From positions 28-64,027 of the forward strand of contig DATLFI010000047.1 of NCBI GenBank assembly GCA_035524895.1: 64,000 bases of DNA, in the 5' to 3' direction. The number at the start of each line of letters is the position of its first letter. The first letter of the stretch is position 1. The notes below the pieces were generated by a model. That model ran no database searches, had not been told where the DNA came from, and was given only the letters and a program-made list of their open reading frames with translations. Origin of the DNA: Thermoanaerobaculia bacterium. Lineage in GTDB: Bacteria > Acidobacteriota > Thermoanaerobaculia > Multivoradales > Multivoraceae. A program made the position numbers and the translations under genes. Shown one piece after another: positions 1 to 9,305 of the stretch.

Positions 1-60
1 CTGCGCGGCTCTGGTAGGGGGCGGCGTGGGGCCGTCTGCGGTGTTGCGCTCGCGAAGCGT

Positions 61-771
61 GTGACCCAGCATCGCCACCGCTCGCGCGCCAACGCCGAGC
101 CGCCGGTAGAGCCGCTGCAGACGGACGACCTGCCCCGCGCACCGCAGATGCATCCGGCCCCACGGCGCTCCCAACGCAGCCCACGGGGGTTCCACCACGG
201 GCTGCTAGCCCTCGGCTTGATGGCGCCCCTCCTCTGGCTGATGACAGGCCACCTGCGCGAGCTGGAACGACACGAGCACGTCGCGGCCCTGCTCGAGGTG
301 GCCGGCTGCGCCGGCGACCAGGGCGTCGGCGCGGACGCCGCCGCGGAGCCTCTGGTCGGAGCGCTGGTAGAAGCGGAACGACGCTTCGGCGTCGATCCCG
401 CCCTGCTGGTTGCGCTGGCGGTGCAGGAGTCCACCTGCCGCGAGCGTGCCGTCGGCCCGAGTGGCAGCCGCGGGCTGCTCCAGCTCAGCCCGACGACCGC
501 GCGCGACGTCGCACGCCGGCACGAGCTCCCCTGGAGCAACGCCGACCGCCTGTTCGAGGCCGAGTACAACGTGCTGGTCGGCGCCGCGCACCTCTCCGAT
601 CTCTACCGCGAGTACGACACCTGGGGCGCCGCGCTCTCGGCCTACAACCTCGGTGAGACCCGCTACCGATCGCTCTCCCGCCGGCGCGGCGGCGACCTCA
701 CCAGCCGCTACGCGCGCACGGTCCTGGAGCGTCGTGCCGAGCTGGAGCGCGCGCGCAAGAACACCCGGTGA
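61..771 (+). CDS. Lytic transglycosylase (SLT-domain) protein
   Basis: ORF translation has an SLT-like core (AVQESTCRERAV...GSRGLLQLSPTTARDV...YNLG) and an N-terminal hydrophobic segment; high GC3. Confidence 0.55.
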   Translation: MTQHRHRSRANAEPPVEPLQTDDLPRAPQMHPAPRRSQRSPRGFHHGLLALGLMAPLLWLMTGHLRELERHEHVAALLEVAGCAGDQGVGADAAAEPLVGALVEAERRFGVDPALLVALAVQESTCRERAVGPSGSRGLLQLSPTTARDVARRHELPWSNADRLFEAEYNVLVGAAHLSDLYREYDTWGAALSAYNLGETRYRSLSRRRGGDLTSRYARTVLERRAELERARKNTR

Positions 772-857
772 CGGCCGCTGTCGCGGTGGACCGTGGTCTG
801 CTCGGGTTGGAAGCCTGATCGCAGTACGCGCAAGCACCGTGGCTCCGAATCTCATCC

Positions 858-1781
858 TCATCGCGTGAGGACCGCCGCGAGCCGGTCGAGGTTCTCGTTC
901 ATGCGCTCCAGGTACGCGTAGCCGTCGGGACCGTCCTGCTCGAGCGGATCGAGCTCGACCCAGGTGGCGCCGGGGAGCTTCGCTCTCAGGGCCGCTGCCG
1001 GCGCAGCGGGCACCAGCACGATGAGCCGCCGCGCGCCTGCGGCACGCCGCAGGTGTTGCAGGTCGTGATCGTCGGGCTCGAGCGGCAGGTCGAACAGGTC
1101 CACCCGCAGCGCGCGCGCCAGGTAGGCGTAACGTCCCGAGACCCCCGCGAGCGCAACCTCCTCGGCGCCCACGCCCTCGCTCAGCTCGGCCACGCGCGCC
1201 ACCAACCGATCGAGCTCCGTTTCGAGCGCGTGGCTGCGGTCCAGGAATCCGGCGGCGCGCTCCGGCGATGCATCCTCCATCGCAGCCAACAGTCGCTGTG
1301 CCTGGGCTGCGACCAGGGCCGGATCCGTCCAGGTCGCCGGGTCGACGCCGGTGTGCGAGTGCTCGCCCTCGGCACCGTGCGAGTGCGTGCGTCCTTCGAT
1401 CTGGATCAGGTCGAGACCCGCGGACAGGTCGACGACACGGCTCTCCGGCAGGCTCGCCGCATCGCGCCACGCCTCGTACGACGCGCCCTGAAGCACGATC
1501 AGAACAGCCTCGCCGAGCGCCACGATCTGCTCCGCGGACGGCTGGAACCCGTGATGGTCGACGTCCGTGGGAACAGCATCGGACAGGCGCACGTCGTCGC
1601 CGCCGATGTTCTGCGCCAGCCACGCCCCCAACGGCGAGGTCGCTGCCACCAGCAGCGGCTCGGCCCGCGGTGGCGCATCGACCTCGGCCGCGGGCCGGTC
1701 GGCCTCGTTGCAGGCCGCGAGGATCAGGGCCGTAACGGCGAGCGCGCCGGTATGTTCTCTGGTGAGCGATCGCTTTCTCAT
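858..1781 (-). CDS. Metal ABC transporter substrate-binding protein (ZnuA/TroA family)
   Basis: Lipoprotein-like N-terminus (LILAAC); His/Glu-rich loop HSHGAEGEHSHTG typical of ZnuA; overall cluster-9 SBP-like architecture. Confidence 0.65.
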   Translation of the reverse strand: MRKRSLTREHTGALAVTALILAACNEADRPAAEVDAPPRAEPLLVAATSPLGAWLAQNIGGDDVRLSDAVPTDVDHHGFQPSAEQIVALGEAVLIVLQGASYEAWRDAASLPESRVVDLSAGLDLIQIEGRTHSHGAEGEHSHTGVDPATWTDPALVAAQAQRLLAAMEDASPERAAGFLDRSHALETELDRLVARVAELSEGVGAEEVALAGVSGRYAYLARALRVDLFDLPLEPDDHDLQHLRRAAGARRLIVLVPAAPAAALRAKLPGATWVELDPLEQDGPDGYAYLERMNENLDRLAAVLTR

Positions 1782-1829
1782 CGAGCCACCCTCCGACCTC
1801 GGATCTTGGCACGTCGCGAAGGGCGGGTC

Positions 1830-2240
1830 TCACGAGATCCGTTTGCGGAGGGTCACCACGAAACGCAGGAGATCCTCTAGATGATTCTCGAGTACGTCCT
1901 GCACGATGTCGAGATCGACTCCGGCGTACTCGTGCACGAGCACGTTCCGGAAACCGACCATCCGCTCGAGCTCGTGTCCGAGCGGCTCCGACAGCCAGTC
2001 GTGCAGCACGAGCAATTCGAAGACCTCGGCGTTGCGTCGTGGCTCGCCCAAACGCTCGTTCGAGACCACGTGTGACGCGGCATCGAGAGCCGCCTGGATC
2101 GCGAGCTGGAGCGTCAGCAACACGAAGCGCTGCTCCTTCAGGTCGCGCCGAAGCGCCTCTGGGCGCCCGAGCTCGCGAAGCTCGCGCACGTAGGTCTCGA
2201 TCTCTGCGAGCTTCTTCGCCAGCAGCTGAGCGTCGGTCAC
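1830..2240 (-). CDS. hepT: HepT-family (DUF86) toxin, nucleotidyltransferase-substrate-binding fold
   Basis: Rx4HxY motif (RNVLVHEY); ~136 aa; 4-bp overlap with the upstream MntA-like gene. Confidence 0.7.
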   Translation of the reverse strand: MTDAQLLAKKLAEIETYVRELRELGRPEALRRDLKEQRFVLLTLQLAIQAALDAASHVVSNERLGEPRRNAEVFELLVLHDWLSEPLGHELERMVGFRNVLVHEYAGVDLDIVQDVLENHLEDLLRFVVTLRKRIS

Positions 2241-2671
2241 CGTACTGCCTGTTCCAGGCCCCGGTAGCGCAGCAACAACGGCAGCACGTCGAAGTACTCG
2301 TTGCGCGCTCGGACTTCGAAACGGATCCGTCGCCCAGGATCGCGGTCGATCAGGAGGACGCCGTCGCGGAGGACTCTGTGGACCAGCTCCGGAGGCGCCC
2401 GATTCAGCACGACCAATTGAACCGTCGCGCGTAGTCGGTGCGAGAGGTCGGACTCGAGGTCCAGCATCAGGTCATCCAGCGTGCCGCGCGGCGCCTGGTC
2501 ACGCAGGATCGCGACGTCGACGTCACTGCCCGCGTGAGACCTCCCCGTCGCGACGCTGCCGAACAGGTAAGCAGCGACGATCCCAGGCACCTCGGAGAGG
2601 GCAACCTGCAGTCGGCTTCGAATCGTCTCGAGGTTCAGATCCCCGGTCTCGTCCGCGGTCTCGACAGACAT
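2237..2671 (-). CDS. mntA: MntA-family minimal nucleotidyltransferase antitoxin
   Basis: GSxxxG...SDxD motif (LFGSVATGRSHAGSDVDVAIL); the downstream HepT gene overlaps by ATGA. The ORF could also start at 2713. Confidence 0.65.
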   Translation of the reverse strand: MSVETADETGDLNLETIRSRLQVALSEVPGIVAAYLFGSVATGRSHAGSDVDVAILRDQAPRGTLDDLMLDLESDLSHRLRATVQLVVLNRAPPELVHRVLRDGVLLIDRDPGRRIRFEVRARNEYFDVLPLLLRYRGLEQAVR

Positions 2672-2770
2672 CCTGTGGATTGTAGCCGCGAAGACCCGGC
2701 AGGCTCGCGGCACCTAAGGCCCGAGACAGGCATCGGGTCCATCGATCACGTACGCTCCGACAGCCCTGCC

Positions 2771-3145
2771 ATGAACCGTCCCACCACTCCCACGCTGCTC
2801 GAGGGCCTGAGCAAGGATCGCCTCGTCGAGCTCGGCCGTCGTTTCGAGGTCGCGTTGTGCGCCGCGGACACCGAGGCCGACCAGATCCGCGCGCTGCAAC
2901 GCGCCTCACGGCTGTCGTTCGCGTCGCTGCTCGAGGTGCTGGGTGGAGACGAGCTGCGCGCCGCCTGCCGGCGCCACGATCTGCCCTTGCAGCGCTCGGA
3001 AACTGGCCGGGTTCAGCGGCCGGAAAGCGACGTCCAGCCACGCGTCGACCAGGCGCTCGGCCAGTTCGGCTGGACGACCACGAAGACCTGGAACAGGGAA
3101 CAGCCAGGAGTGCTTCGGGTCCAAAATGCGGAGTCCGCCCGATGA
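2771..3145 (+). CDS. Hypothetical small protein
   Basis: 124-aa ORF with strong GC3 bias (MNRPTTPTLLEGLSKDRLVELGRRFEVAL...); no recognisable domain. Lies between the MntA start and a lipoprotein gene end. Confidence 0.3.
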   Translation: MNRPTTPTLLEGLSKDRLVELGRRFEVALCAADTEADQIRALQRASRLSFASLLEVLGGDELRAACRRHDLPLQRSETGRVQRPESDVQPRVDQALGQFGWTTTKTWNREQPGVLRVQNAESAR

Positions 3146-3352
3146 AGGCGCTCGCCTCGCTCGTCGGGCTCGACGCGACGATCTTTGCTGCCGGGGCCCT
3201 GGAAGACGAGGATGTCGACGAGACCTGTGCCGTGGTCGACCAGGATTCGCCGTGCGCGCCGGGGCCGAGCGGCCGAACTACGCGTCGACGTCGTGCCCGA
3301 GCTCCAACCAGTTCCGTGACTTCGGGCCGGCTTCCGGTCGAGAGCGAGTTGT

Positions 3353-5257
3353 TCAGTACTCGAAACCCGGCATAGGTGCCGTCAGATCTACCGGCTCGCA
3401 GTCCTGCGTCGCGCCGCTTCCGGCCGCGATCACGCCGACCCAGACCTCCTCGGGAAGGGAGTCGTCGGCGGCCGTCGCTCTCGACACCTCGTAGACGAGG
3501 CGATAGTCGAGCTCACCCGTGCAGGTGGGACCGCCGGTGAAGTAGCCAGCGAGGACCGGTCGCGGCCGCGCCTGGCCCGGCAGCTCGGGGATCTGGTACG
3601 CCTCGCCCCGCATCTGCCCCAGCTGCTCTCGCGCCCGCCCGAGGATCTCCTCGCTCGGCGGCAGGGACACGTCGGTGAACGACAGGGCCAACCGGCGAGC
3701 GTGCGTAGCGAAGGCTTGGAGGGACCCATCGGCGTTGAGCGAGAAGTCCAGGTAAAACCCCGGACCGACCGCGCCTATGCACTCTCCCTCGACGTTCACG
3801 CACAACGGCAACTTGATGCGCCAGGCCTTGCGAAAGCGCAGGTAGCTGTCCTCGTTCCGGCCGAGGTCGACCATCGGAGTCTGGTCGATGTGAACGGACT
3901 GCACCCGCAGGTCCTCGAGCGACTCGACGAGGTCGAAGCAGGGTGGCGCTCCTACCGAGGCAGCTCTCGGGGTCGTAGAGCACGCGAGATCGGCGACGCG
4001 ATCCAACTCCCGGCCCAGGAGCTCCTTCTCCTCCGGCAAGAGGTCTTCCCAGCACTTCTCGAGATGCTCGCCGGCACCGCTTGCCCAAGCAGGCAAGCCG
4101 TCCACCAGGCAACGCAGGCTCTCGGGAACCGGGCTCGCTGCCAAGGGCAGGGGCGGCGTGACACTGCGGACCCACGCCAGGCGCCCCTCGCCGACGGTGA
4201 CCCGGCCCCGCGGCGCGGTGCCCGGAGGCGCCGCGTCGCGCAGCGCCGCGAGGAGGGGCTCCGCATCGAGCGCGAGCCCATCGCTCGCCACGTCGAGGCC
4301 AGGGAGCTGTCTCGGCTGGTCGCCCGGATCGAGGAGCGGTGGCACGAGCCCCCCGGTCGCAGCCACCGAAAAGCTAGAGACTTCACTCGCGGGAACGACG
4401 AACTGCAGGTAGGCGAAGCTGCTGCCGGGGTCCTCGCTCTTCACGGTGACGTCGTAGAGGGGCAGCGCTTGGAGGTCGGGCGCGGGCTCGGCGAGGTCGA
4501 CGTCGCCTTGGGAGATGCAGGCCCCGACGCGCACCGTCGGGAAGCCATAGGACATGGCGTGGGTATAGACATCGGCAAGGGCGCGCCCCTTCACCGTTTC
4601 GTCGATCAGGAGCTCGACCGGGTACACGGTATGGACGTCGCTCGAGCCGCAAACGGGCGTCGAACCCGCGCACAGCACTCTCATCGAGGATCCGAACGGG
4701 CGCGCGGCAGCGCTCTCGGCGCCCAGCCAGAAGGCGAAGGCGTTGGTTCCCTTCTCGGCGTCGGTCGCCGGGTCGTACTCGTGGGCCTGGCCGCGCGGCG
4801 CGTGCCGCATCAACTGACACGAGCACAACCAGGAGTAGCGATGGCGCGAGTGGTCGAGGCGGAGCTCGGCCACAGGAACGACGACCTTCTTCTCGAGACG
4901 GAACTTGCCCGCTTCGCCGTGGCCGAAGTGCACATGGAGGGGGGCCGACTCGATGCCGTGTTGAGGATCACCGTCTTCGGTGGTCCAGTACGACACCTGC
5001 CTCTGCCGAATCGTGGGATCCTCGTGGAGGGCATTTGCGACACCAGCGAGGACGGAGGGCGACTCCTTGGTGGCGGTGTAGAGCGACGCCGCCGTCGCGC
5101 TCGAACTTTCGTCACGCGAGACCGCGTATTCGAAGGCGACAGCGCCAACGGTCGAGATCGTCGAGACTCTCGAGGGCGCGCAAGCAAGCAGCGCCGCGGC
5201 TACGAAGCTCGCGATCGCCAGCAGCGACGCTGCCTGCCTTGAGTGCGACCCGGACAT
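3353..5257 (-). CDS. Hypothetical Cys-rich lipoprotein (third gene of the CHAT operon)
   Basis: Signal/lipobox LLAIASFVAAALLAC; 634 aa with no recognisable domain; begins 11 nt after the upstream lipoprotein gene's stop. Confidence 0.5.
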   Translation of the reverse strand: MSGSHSRQAASLLAIASFVAAALLACAPSRVSTISTVGAVAFEYAVSRDESSSATAASLYTATKESPSVLAGVANALHEDPTIRQRQVSYWTTEDGDPQHGIESAPLHVHFGHGEAGKFRLEKKVVVPVAELRLDHSRHRYSWLCSCQLMRHAPRGQAHEYDPATDAEKGTNAFAFWLGAESAAARPFGSSMRVLCAGSTPVCGSSDVHTVYPVELLIDETVKGRALADVYTHAMSYGFPTVRVGACISQGDVDLAEPAPDLQALPLYDVTVKSEDPGSSFAYLQFVVPASEVSSFSVAATGGLVPPLLDPGDQPRQLPGLDVASDGLALDAEPLLAALRDAAPPGTAPRGRVTVGEGRLAWVRSVTPPLPLAASPVPESLRCLVDGLPAWASGAGEHLEKCWEDLLPEEKELLGRELDRVADLACSTTPRAASVGAPPCFDLVESLEDLRVQSVHIDQTPMVDLGRNEDSYLRFRKAWRIKLPLCVNVEGECIGAVGPGFYLDFSLNADGSLQAFATHARRLALSFTDVSLPPSEEILGRAREQLGQMRGEAYQIPELPGQARPRPVLAGYFTGGPTCTGELDYRLVYEVSRATAADDSLPEEVWVGVIAAGSGATQDCEPVDLTAPMPGFEY

Positions 5258-5268
5258 CGTCGCTGGTC

Positions 5269-6378
5269 TCAACCGCCTAGGAAGAGCGACGGGCAAATCG
5301 GGCCCAACTCATCGCCTCCCTCGCCCACGCAGATCTCGACTTCGCCCCCAGCCGGCACCGTTGTCGGCACGTTGGTGAGATTGAAGTACCAGCGCCCAAC
5401 AGCCAGGTGGCCGAGGGCATGGACCTCGAGTGGCTCGGGCAGGAAGGTGACCCCGCCCGTGCCGTTGATGATGGCGAGCTCGACGCCACCGCTGGCGTCG
5501 GGCTCGATCGTCAAGGTCCGTGCGCCAACGGACGCGTCGCTGGGCTGAAGCAGGACCTTCACGGGCCCCGACACCTGGCCGACGCTGACCGTGGTCAACT
5601 CGGGCATCTCGACGGCACCTTGGCAAGCTCCGCCGCCCACGCTGAGGCCGTACAGAGTCTTCATGCTGGCGTCGTGGGCTTGAACCGACTCCAGTCGGAT
5701 GTCCCCGAAGGGGAGATGGACACGGCTGGCGAGCACGCCCATCCAGGCGTCCTCGTTCCACGTTCCCAACAGACGCTGGTCCAAGGAGTAGGCGCTGCGC
5801 CGGCTCGGGTCGCTGGCGTGAGTCGCGGCGGTCCCGAAATGGGCGGCGACATCGGGGAATCGCACGATGGCGGTCTGTTCGTCCAACTTCGAGTTGGGGG
5901 TGGTCGGAGAGACCGGCTTTGGGAGGACGACCTCGTAACGCGTGATCTTCGTGCGTCCGGGCCCGCTGGTCGGCCCGTACTCGACCAGAGGCACCACCAG
6001 CCGTCCCGGATATCCAGCGACGTTCCCGCGAACGACAGCCAAGCTGGCGAAGTGAGCTGAATAGAAGTGTTCAACATCGTTCATGTAACGGTCGATCCCT
6101 CTTGGGAACTTGGGGCTGCCGGCATCCGTGTAGGCGTCGGTCGTCGCCTTGTTGTAGTCCGCCTTCGGCAGGAGCGCCCAGTAGTCGCCATCTTGGCCTG
6201 CGAGAGCGACCAGACCTTCGAACCGCACCGTCAGCTCGACCGGCCGCGGAGTCGAGGTGTCCTGTGTCCTGGCATCGGGGCTTTGCTGGCACGAGCTCGT
6301 CGCAACGACGACGAGCACCGCGCAGCCTGCGAGCGCCCCATGGAGCGTGAAAGTCTTCCTTCGTTCGATGGTAGTCAC
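5269..6378 (-). CDS. Hypothetical lipoprotein (second gene of the CHAT operon)
   Basis: N-region RRK followed by LHGALAGCAVLVVVATSSC; GTG start overlaps the CHAT gene's TGA (GTGA) and is preceded by GGAGGGAGG; no recognisable domain. The longer ORF start is at 6393. Confidence 0.5.
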   Translation of the reverse strand: MTTIERRKTFTLHGALAGCAVLVVVATSSCQQSPDARTQDTSTPRPVELTVRFEGLVALAGQDGDYWALLPKADYNKATTDAYTDAGSPKFPRGIDRYMNDVEHFYSAHFASLAVVRGNVAGYPGRLVVPLVEYGPTSGPGRTKITRYEVVLPKPVSPTTPNSKLDEQTAIVRFPDVAAHFGTAATHASDPSRRSAYSLDQRLLGTWNEDAWMGVLASRVHLPFGDIRLESVQAHDASMKTLYGLSVGGGACQGAVEMPELTTVSVGQVSGPVKVLLQPSDASVGARTLTIEPDASGGVELAIINGTGGVTFLPEPLEVHALGHLAVGRWYFNLTNVPTTVPAGGEVEICVGEGGDELGPICPSLFLGG

Positions 6379-9305
6379 TGTTCCTCCCTCCACCCTTCAG
6401 ATGTCGTTTCTTCGAACAACCCAAGGTGCCACACGTCTGCGTCCCTGGCGGTTTCAGCCCACCGCTCCTCGAGGGCGCCCCGCAACGCGTCGAAGCTATC
6501 GGCGCCCTCACCGAGTCGCCGATGAAACGCGGCGAAGACCTCCGAAGAGGTTGCATCGTCGAGATCCCCCGGCGACGCGATTACCGTGGCATAGCCCTTC
6601 GCGAGCAGCTCCGCGGCGAGGCTGCCGCCGGCCTCCCAGGCGCTCCCGGCGCCGCGGCACGAGGCCAGTACGGCGAGCTGCCTGGCGTCGGGCCGCGCAT
6701 CGGGCATCGACGCCGCCGGCCACAGCTCGAACGCGCGAGCCTCGCCTGCCGGCGGGCTCAGCACCAGGCTCGGGCCCGGGTCGTACTTGCCGAGCACCGT
6801 GCCGTGCGCCGCGAGGTGGATCACGTCGGGGGCGCCCCATCGCTCGACCACGCCGGCAACGGTCGCCTCCGGACCCACCAGGCTCTCGTGCTCCGCATAG
6901 AGCTCGACGATCGCCGAGGCCTCGCGGCGGGCGTGTTGCAGCCTTGGCAACGCCGCCTGGTCACCGAGCTGCGGGTCGGCGACCACCAGGAGCGTCTCGC
7001 TGCCGCGGGCGCGCTTGTCGCGGTTCGCTGCCATTGCCCTCTCCAGGAGCCAGACCGCCGGTACCACGCTGACCCGACGTCGCTGGTCCCTCACGAGGAG
7101 CGAGTACAGCGCTTCGGGCTCGTCCAATCCGTCGAGCACCAGGTAAACATCGCGATGCGGTGCCACCTGCTCGTCCAGCCAAGCCGCGACTGCATCGTGC
7201 AGCGCCGGCCGCCCCGACTGGTCTGTCTCAGAGACGGACAGGGTCTGGAACTTCTCGCTCGTGCTGCCACGATCGATCCAGAGGTGTGCTTCGGCACTGG
7301 CGCGCTCTTGCCATACCTCCAAGACTGAGGCCGCAGCGTTCTCGCCAAGAGCCGCCGCGTCGGGGTCCCGGGGGATGGCACTTCCCGGTGCCAGCCGCGT
7401 CAGCGGCAGCCGCGCGGCATCGAGCACCGCACCGGCGCGCGCAGGCAATCCAACGCGCAACAGCAGAGCGGATTGACGCTCGGCGAGGAGACGATAGCGG
7501 CCGGCGAGCCCGACTCGCGCCACCGCATCACGGGTCGCTACGAGCCGGCGCGCCCACGACTGCAAGGAGACGTCGAGCAAGCGAATGGCCTCGTCGAGGT
7601 CATCCGCCGCCAAGAGCTGCCCGATGCGTTCGTTCTCCAGGTCGTAGAGGAGCTGCAGGTCTGGCTCGGGCTCCCGCATGACCTGCTCGATCGTGTCGTC
7701 GAGCAGACGCCGGCTCTCGGCCGGCGCCGCGAGCTGCCGTTCGAGCCGAGCGCCGGCCACGTCGATCAGCCGACCGAGCCGCGGACGATTGGGGTGACCC
7801 GCGGGAAGCGCGCTGGCGCTGGCGCGCGCCAGATCGAGATCGGCGCGAGCGAGCTCCGTGTCCCCGCGATCGAGCGCCACATGGACGGCGCCGCTGGCGC
7901 GGAGGAGCCTGACTTGCGGCGGGAGGTCCACGGCGTCTTCGCCGAGGAAGTGACGCGCCTGCTCGGCATAGGGCGAGTCGCGCAGAGCGGCGACCGCCTC
8001 GTCGAGCACACTCTGACGACGCTCGGGCGACTCGATGAGGAGCAGGCCGCGCAGGCCTTCGGCCCGGTAGCGCCAAGCGGGCTCCCAAGCTCCCGCCAGC
8101 TCGTGGTTGCGCGCCTGGAGGCTGCCGAGATACGCGGCCAGGCCGAGCTCCCCGAGCTCGATCATCCGGCGGCGGCTCGCCTCTGCAAGGAGCGTCGCGG
8201 CCTGGAATTCTCCCGCCAACGTCTCGACCAGCGCGGCGATCCAGTCGGCTCGCGCCTCGAGATAGCGCCAATCGCGCGCGCGAGCCAGGTCTCGCACCGA
8301 TCCAGCCCGCATCCGCGCCGCGGAGAAGTCCCGCGAGTAATAGGCGCAGATCGTGCGCTCCAGACCAAACCAAGCAGCGAGCGTCGCGATCGCGGCCGAC
8401 TCGCGCTCGGCGCTCGAAAGCTCGGCGGATTGGCAGTCCAGGCTGAAACGGTCCACCCGCGCACGACGCAAAGAGCCGAGCACGCCCTCCAAGGAAGCGC
8501 CGCGCGCCGCGTGGCGCTCCAGCTCCGCCAGCAGCTCGTCCCAGTAGCGATCGCCCCCCTGGCCGAGAACGACCTTCGCATCCTCGCGCAGGCCCTGCCA
8601 CGCCGCGCTGCCGGGCACCGGCACGGCGGCCTCGGTGTCGCCGAGGAACAGAGCGTGCTCCAGGCGGCTGCGCGCTCGAGCCGCGGGCGCGTCGTGAGCG
8701 AGCTCCCGCTCCTGTTCGTCGAGCCAGGACTCGAGCTCTACCGCCCAGGGGTCGCTGGTGTCTCCGTCAGCAGCCGCCAGCTCCAGAGCGTCTCGGCGCG
8801 CCTCCTGGAACCGACCGAGCAGAGCCAGGCATGTCGCTCGATCGAAGAGCGCCGCCTCGCGCATGTCGCTGACCTCGACGAGCTCGTCGAGCAGCGCGAG
8901 AGCCCGGATCAGATCGAACGGATCGCCGCCGCGCTCCGCATGAGCGGCGTAAGCCACGCTCAGGTTGAGCCGCCCGGCCGGATCGAGCTCGCCCGCAGGT
9001 GCCCCGCGCCGAATCGCTCGGGCAATCGCGTCGGTCGTGCCCAAAGACACCGCGAGTGCGATCTCGTCGGCAGCAGAGAGCCGGCCCCGGGCCAGGACAT
9101 CGGCCAACCGGCCGCGCGTCGTCAGCGCGTCCCGAGCGCAGAAGATCGACGACTGCTCGCGCTCGCAAGGCTCGTGGCCCGTCTGCCCAGCCACACGGAG
9201 GCGCAGTGGACGGTGCTCGGACAGGTACTGCGAAGCGGTCGTCCCGCGCTCGTGGCAGCCGGCAACGCTGAGCCCGGCAACGAGAGCCGCACGGCCAATC
9301 CACAT
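6375..9305 (-). CDS. TPR-repeat / CHAT-domain (caspase-like) lipoprotein
   Basis: C-terminal CHAT signature (VIHLAAHG ... LAVLASCRGAG, His/Cys dyad); long helical TPR-like N-terminal region; start MWIGRAALVAGLSVAGC (alternatively MDTAD at 9356). The ORF portion upstream of 9305 is Arg-rich noise. Confidence 0.65.
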   Translation of the reverse strand: MWIGRAALVAGLSVAGCHERGTTASQYLSEHRPLRLRVAGQTGHEPCEREQSSIFCARDALTTRGRLADVLARGRLSAADEIALAVSLGTTDAIARAIRRGAPAGELDPAGRLNLSVAYAAHAERGGDPFDLIRALALLDELVEVSDMREAALFDRATCLALLGRFQEARRDALELAAADGDTSDPWAVELESWLDEQERELAHDAPAARARSRLEHALFLGDTEAAVPVPGSAAWQGLREDAKVVLGQGGDRYWDELLAELERHAARGASLEGVLGSLRRARVDRFSLDCQSAELSSAERESAAIATLAAWFGLERTICAYYSRDFSAARMRAGSVRDLARARDWRYLEARADWIAALVETLAGEFQAATLLAEASRRRMIELGELGLAAYLGSLQARNHELAGAWEPAWRYRAEGLRGLLLIESPERRQSVLDEAVAALRDSPYAEQARHFLGEDAVDLPPQVRLLRASGAVHVALDRGDTELARADLDLARASASALPAGHPNRPRLGRLIDVAGARLERQLAAPAESRRLLDDTIEQVMREPEPDLQLLYDLENERIGQLLAADDLDEAIRLLDVSLQSWARRLVATRDAVARVGLAGRYRLLAERQSALLLRVGLPARAGAVLDAARLPLTRLAPGSAIPRDPDAAALGENAAASVLEVWQERASAEAHLWIDRGSTSEKFQTLSVSETDQSGRPALHDAVAAWLDEQVAPHRDVYLVLDGLDEPEALYSLLVRDQRRRVSVVPAVWLLERAMAANRDKRARGSETLLVVADPQLGDQAALPRLQHARREASAIVELYAEHESLVGPEATVAGVVERWGAPDVIHLAAHGTVLGKYDPGPSLVLSPPAGEARAFELWPAASMPDARPDARQLAVLASCRGAGSAWEAGGSLAAELLAKGYATVIASPGDLDDATSSEVFAAFHRRLGEGADSFDALRGALEERWAETARDADVWHLGLFEETTSEGWREEQ

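Noticed and set aside
205-1833. 542-aa minus-strand ORF spanning the lytic transglycosylase and ZnuA genes
   Set aside because: Arg/Gly/Ala-rich low-complexity translation typical of antisense frames in high-GC DNA. It overlaps two well-supported genes.
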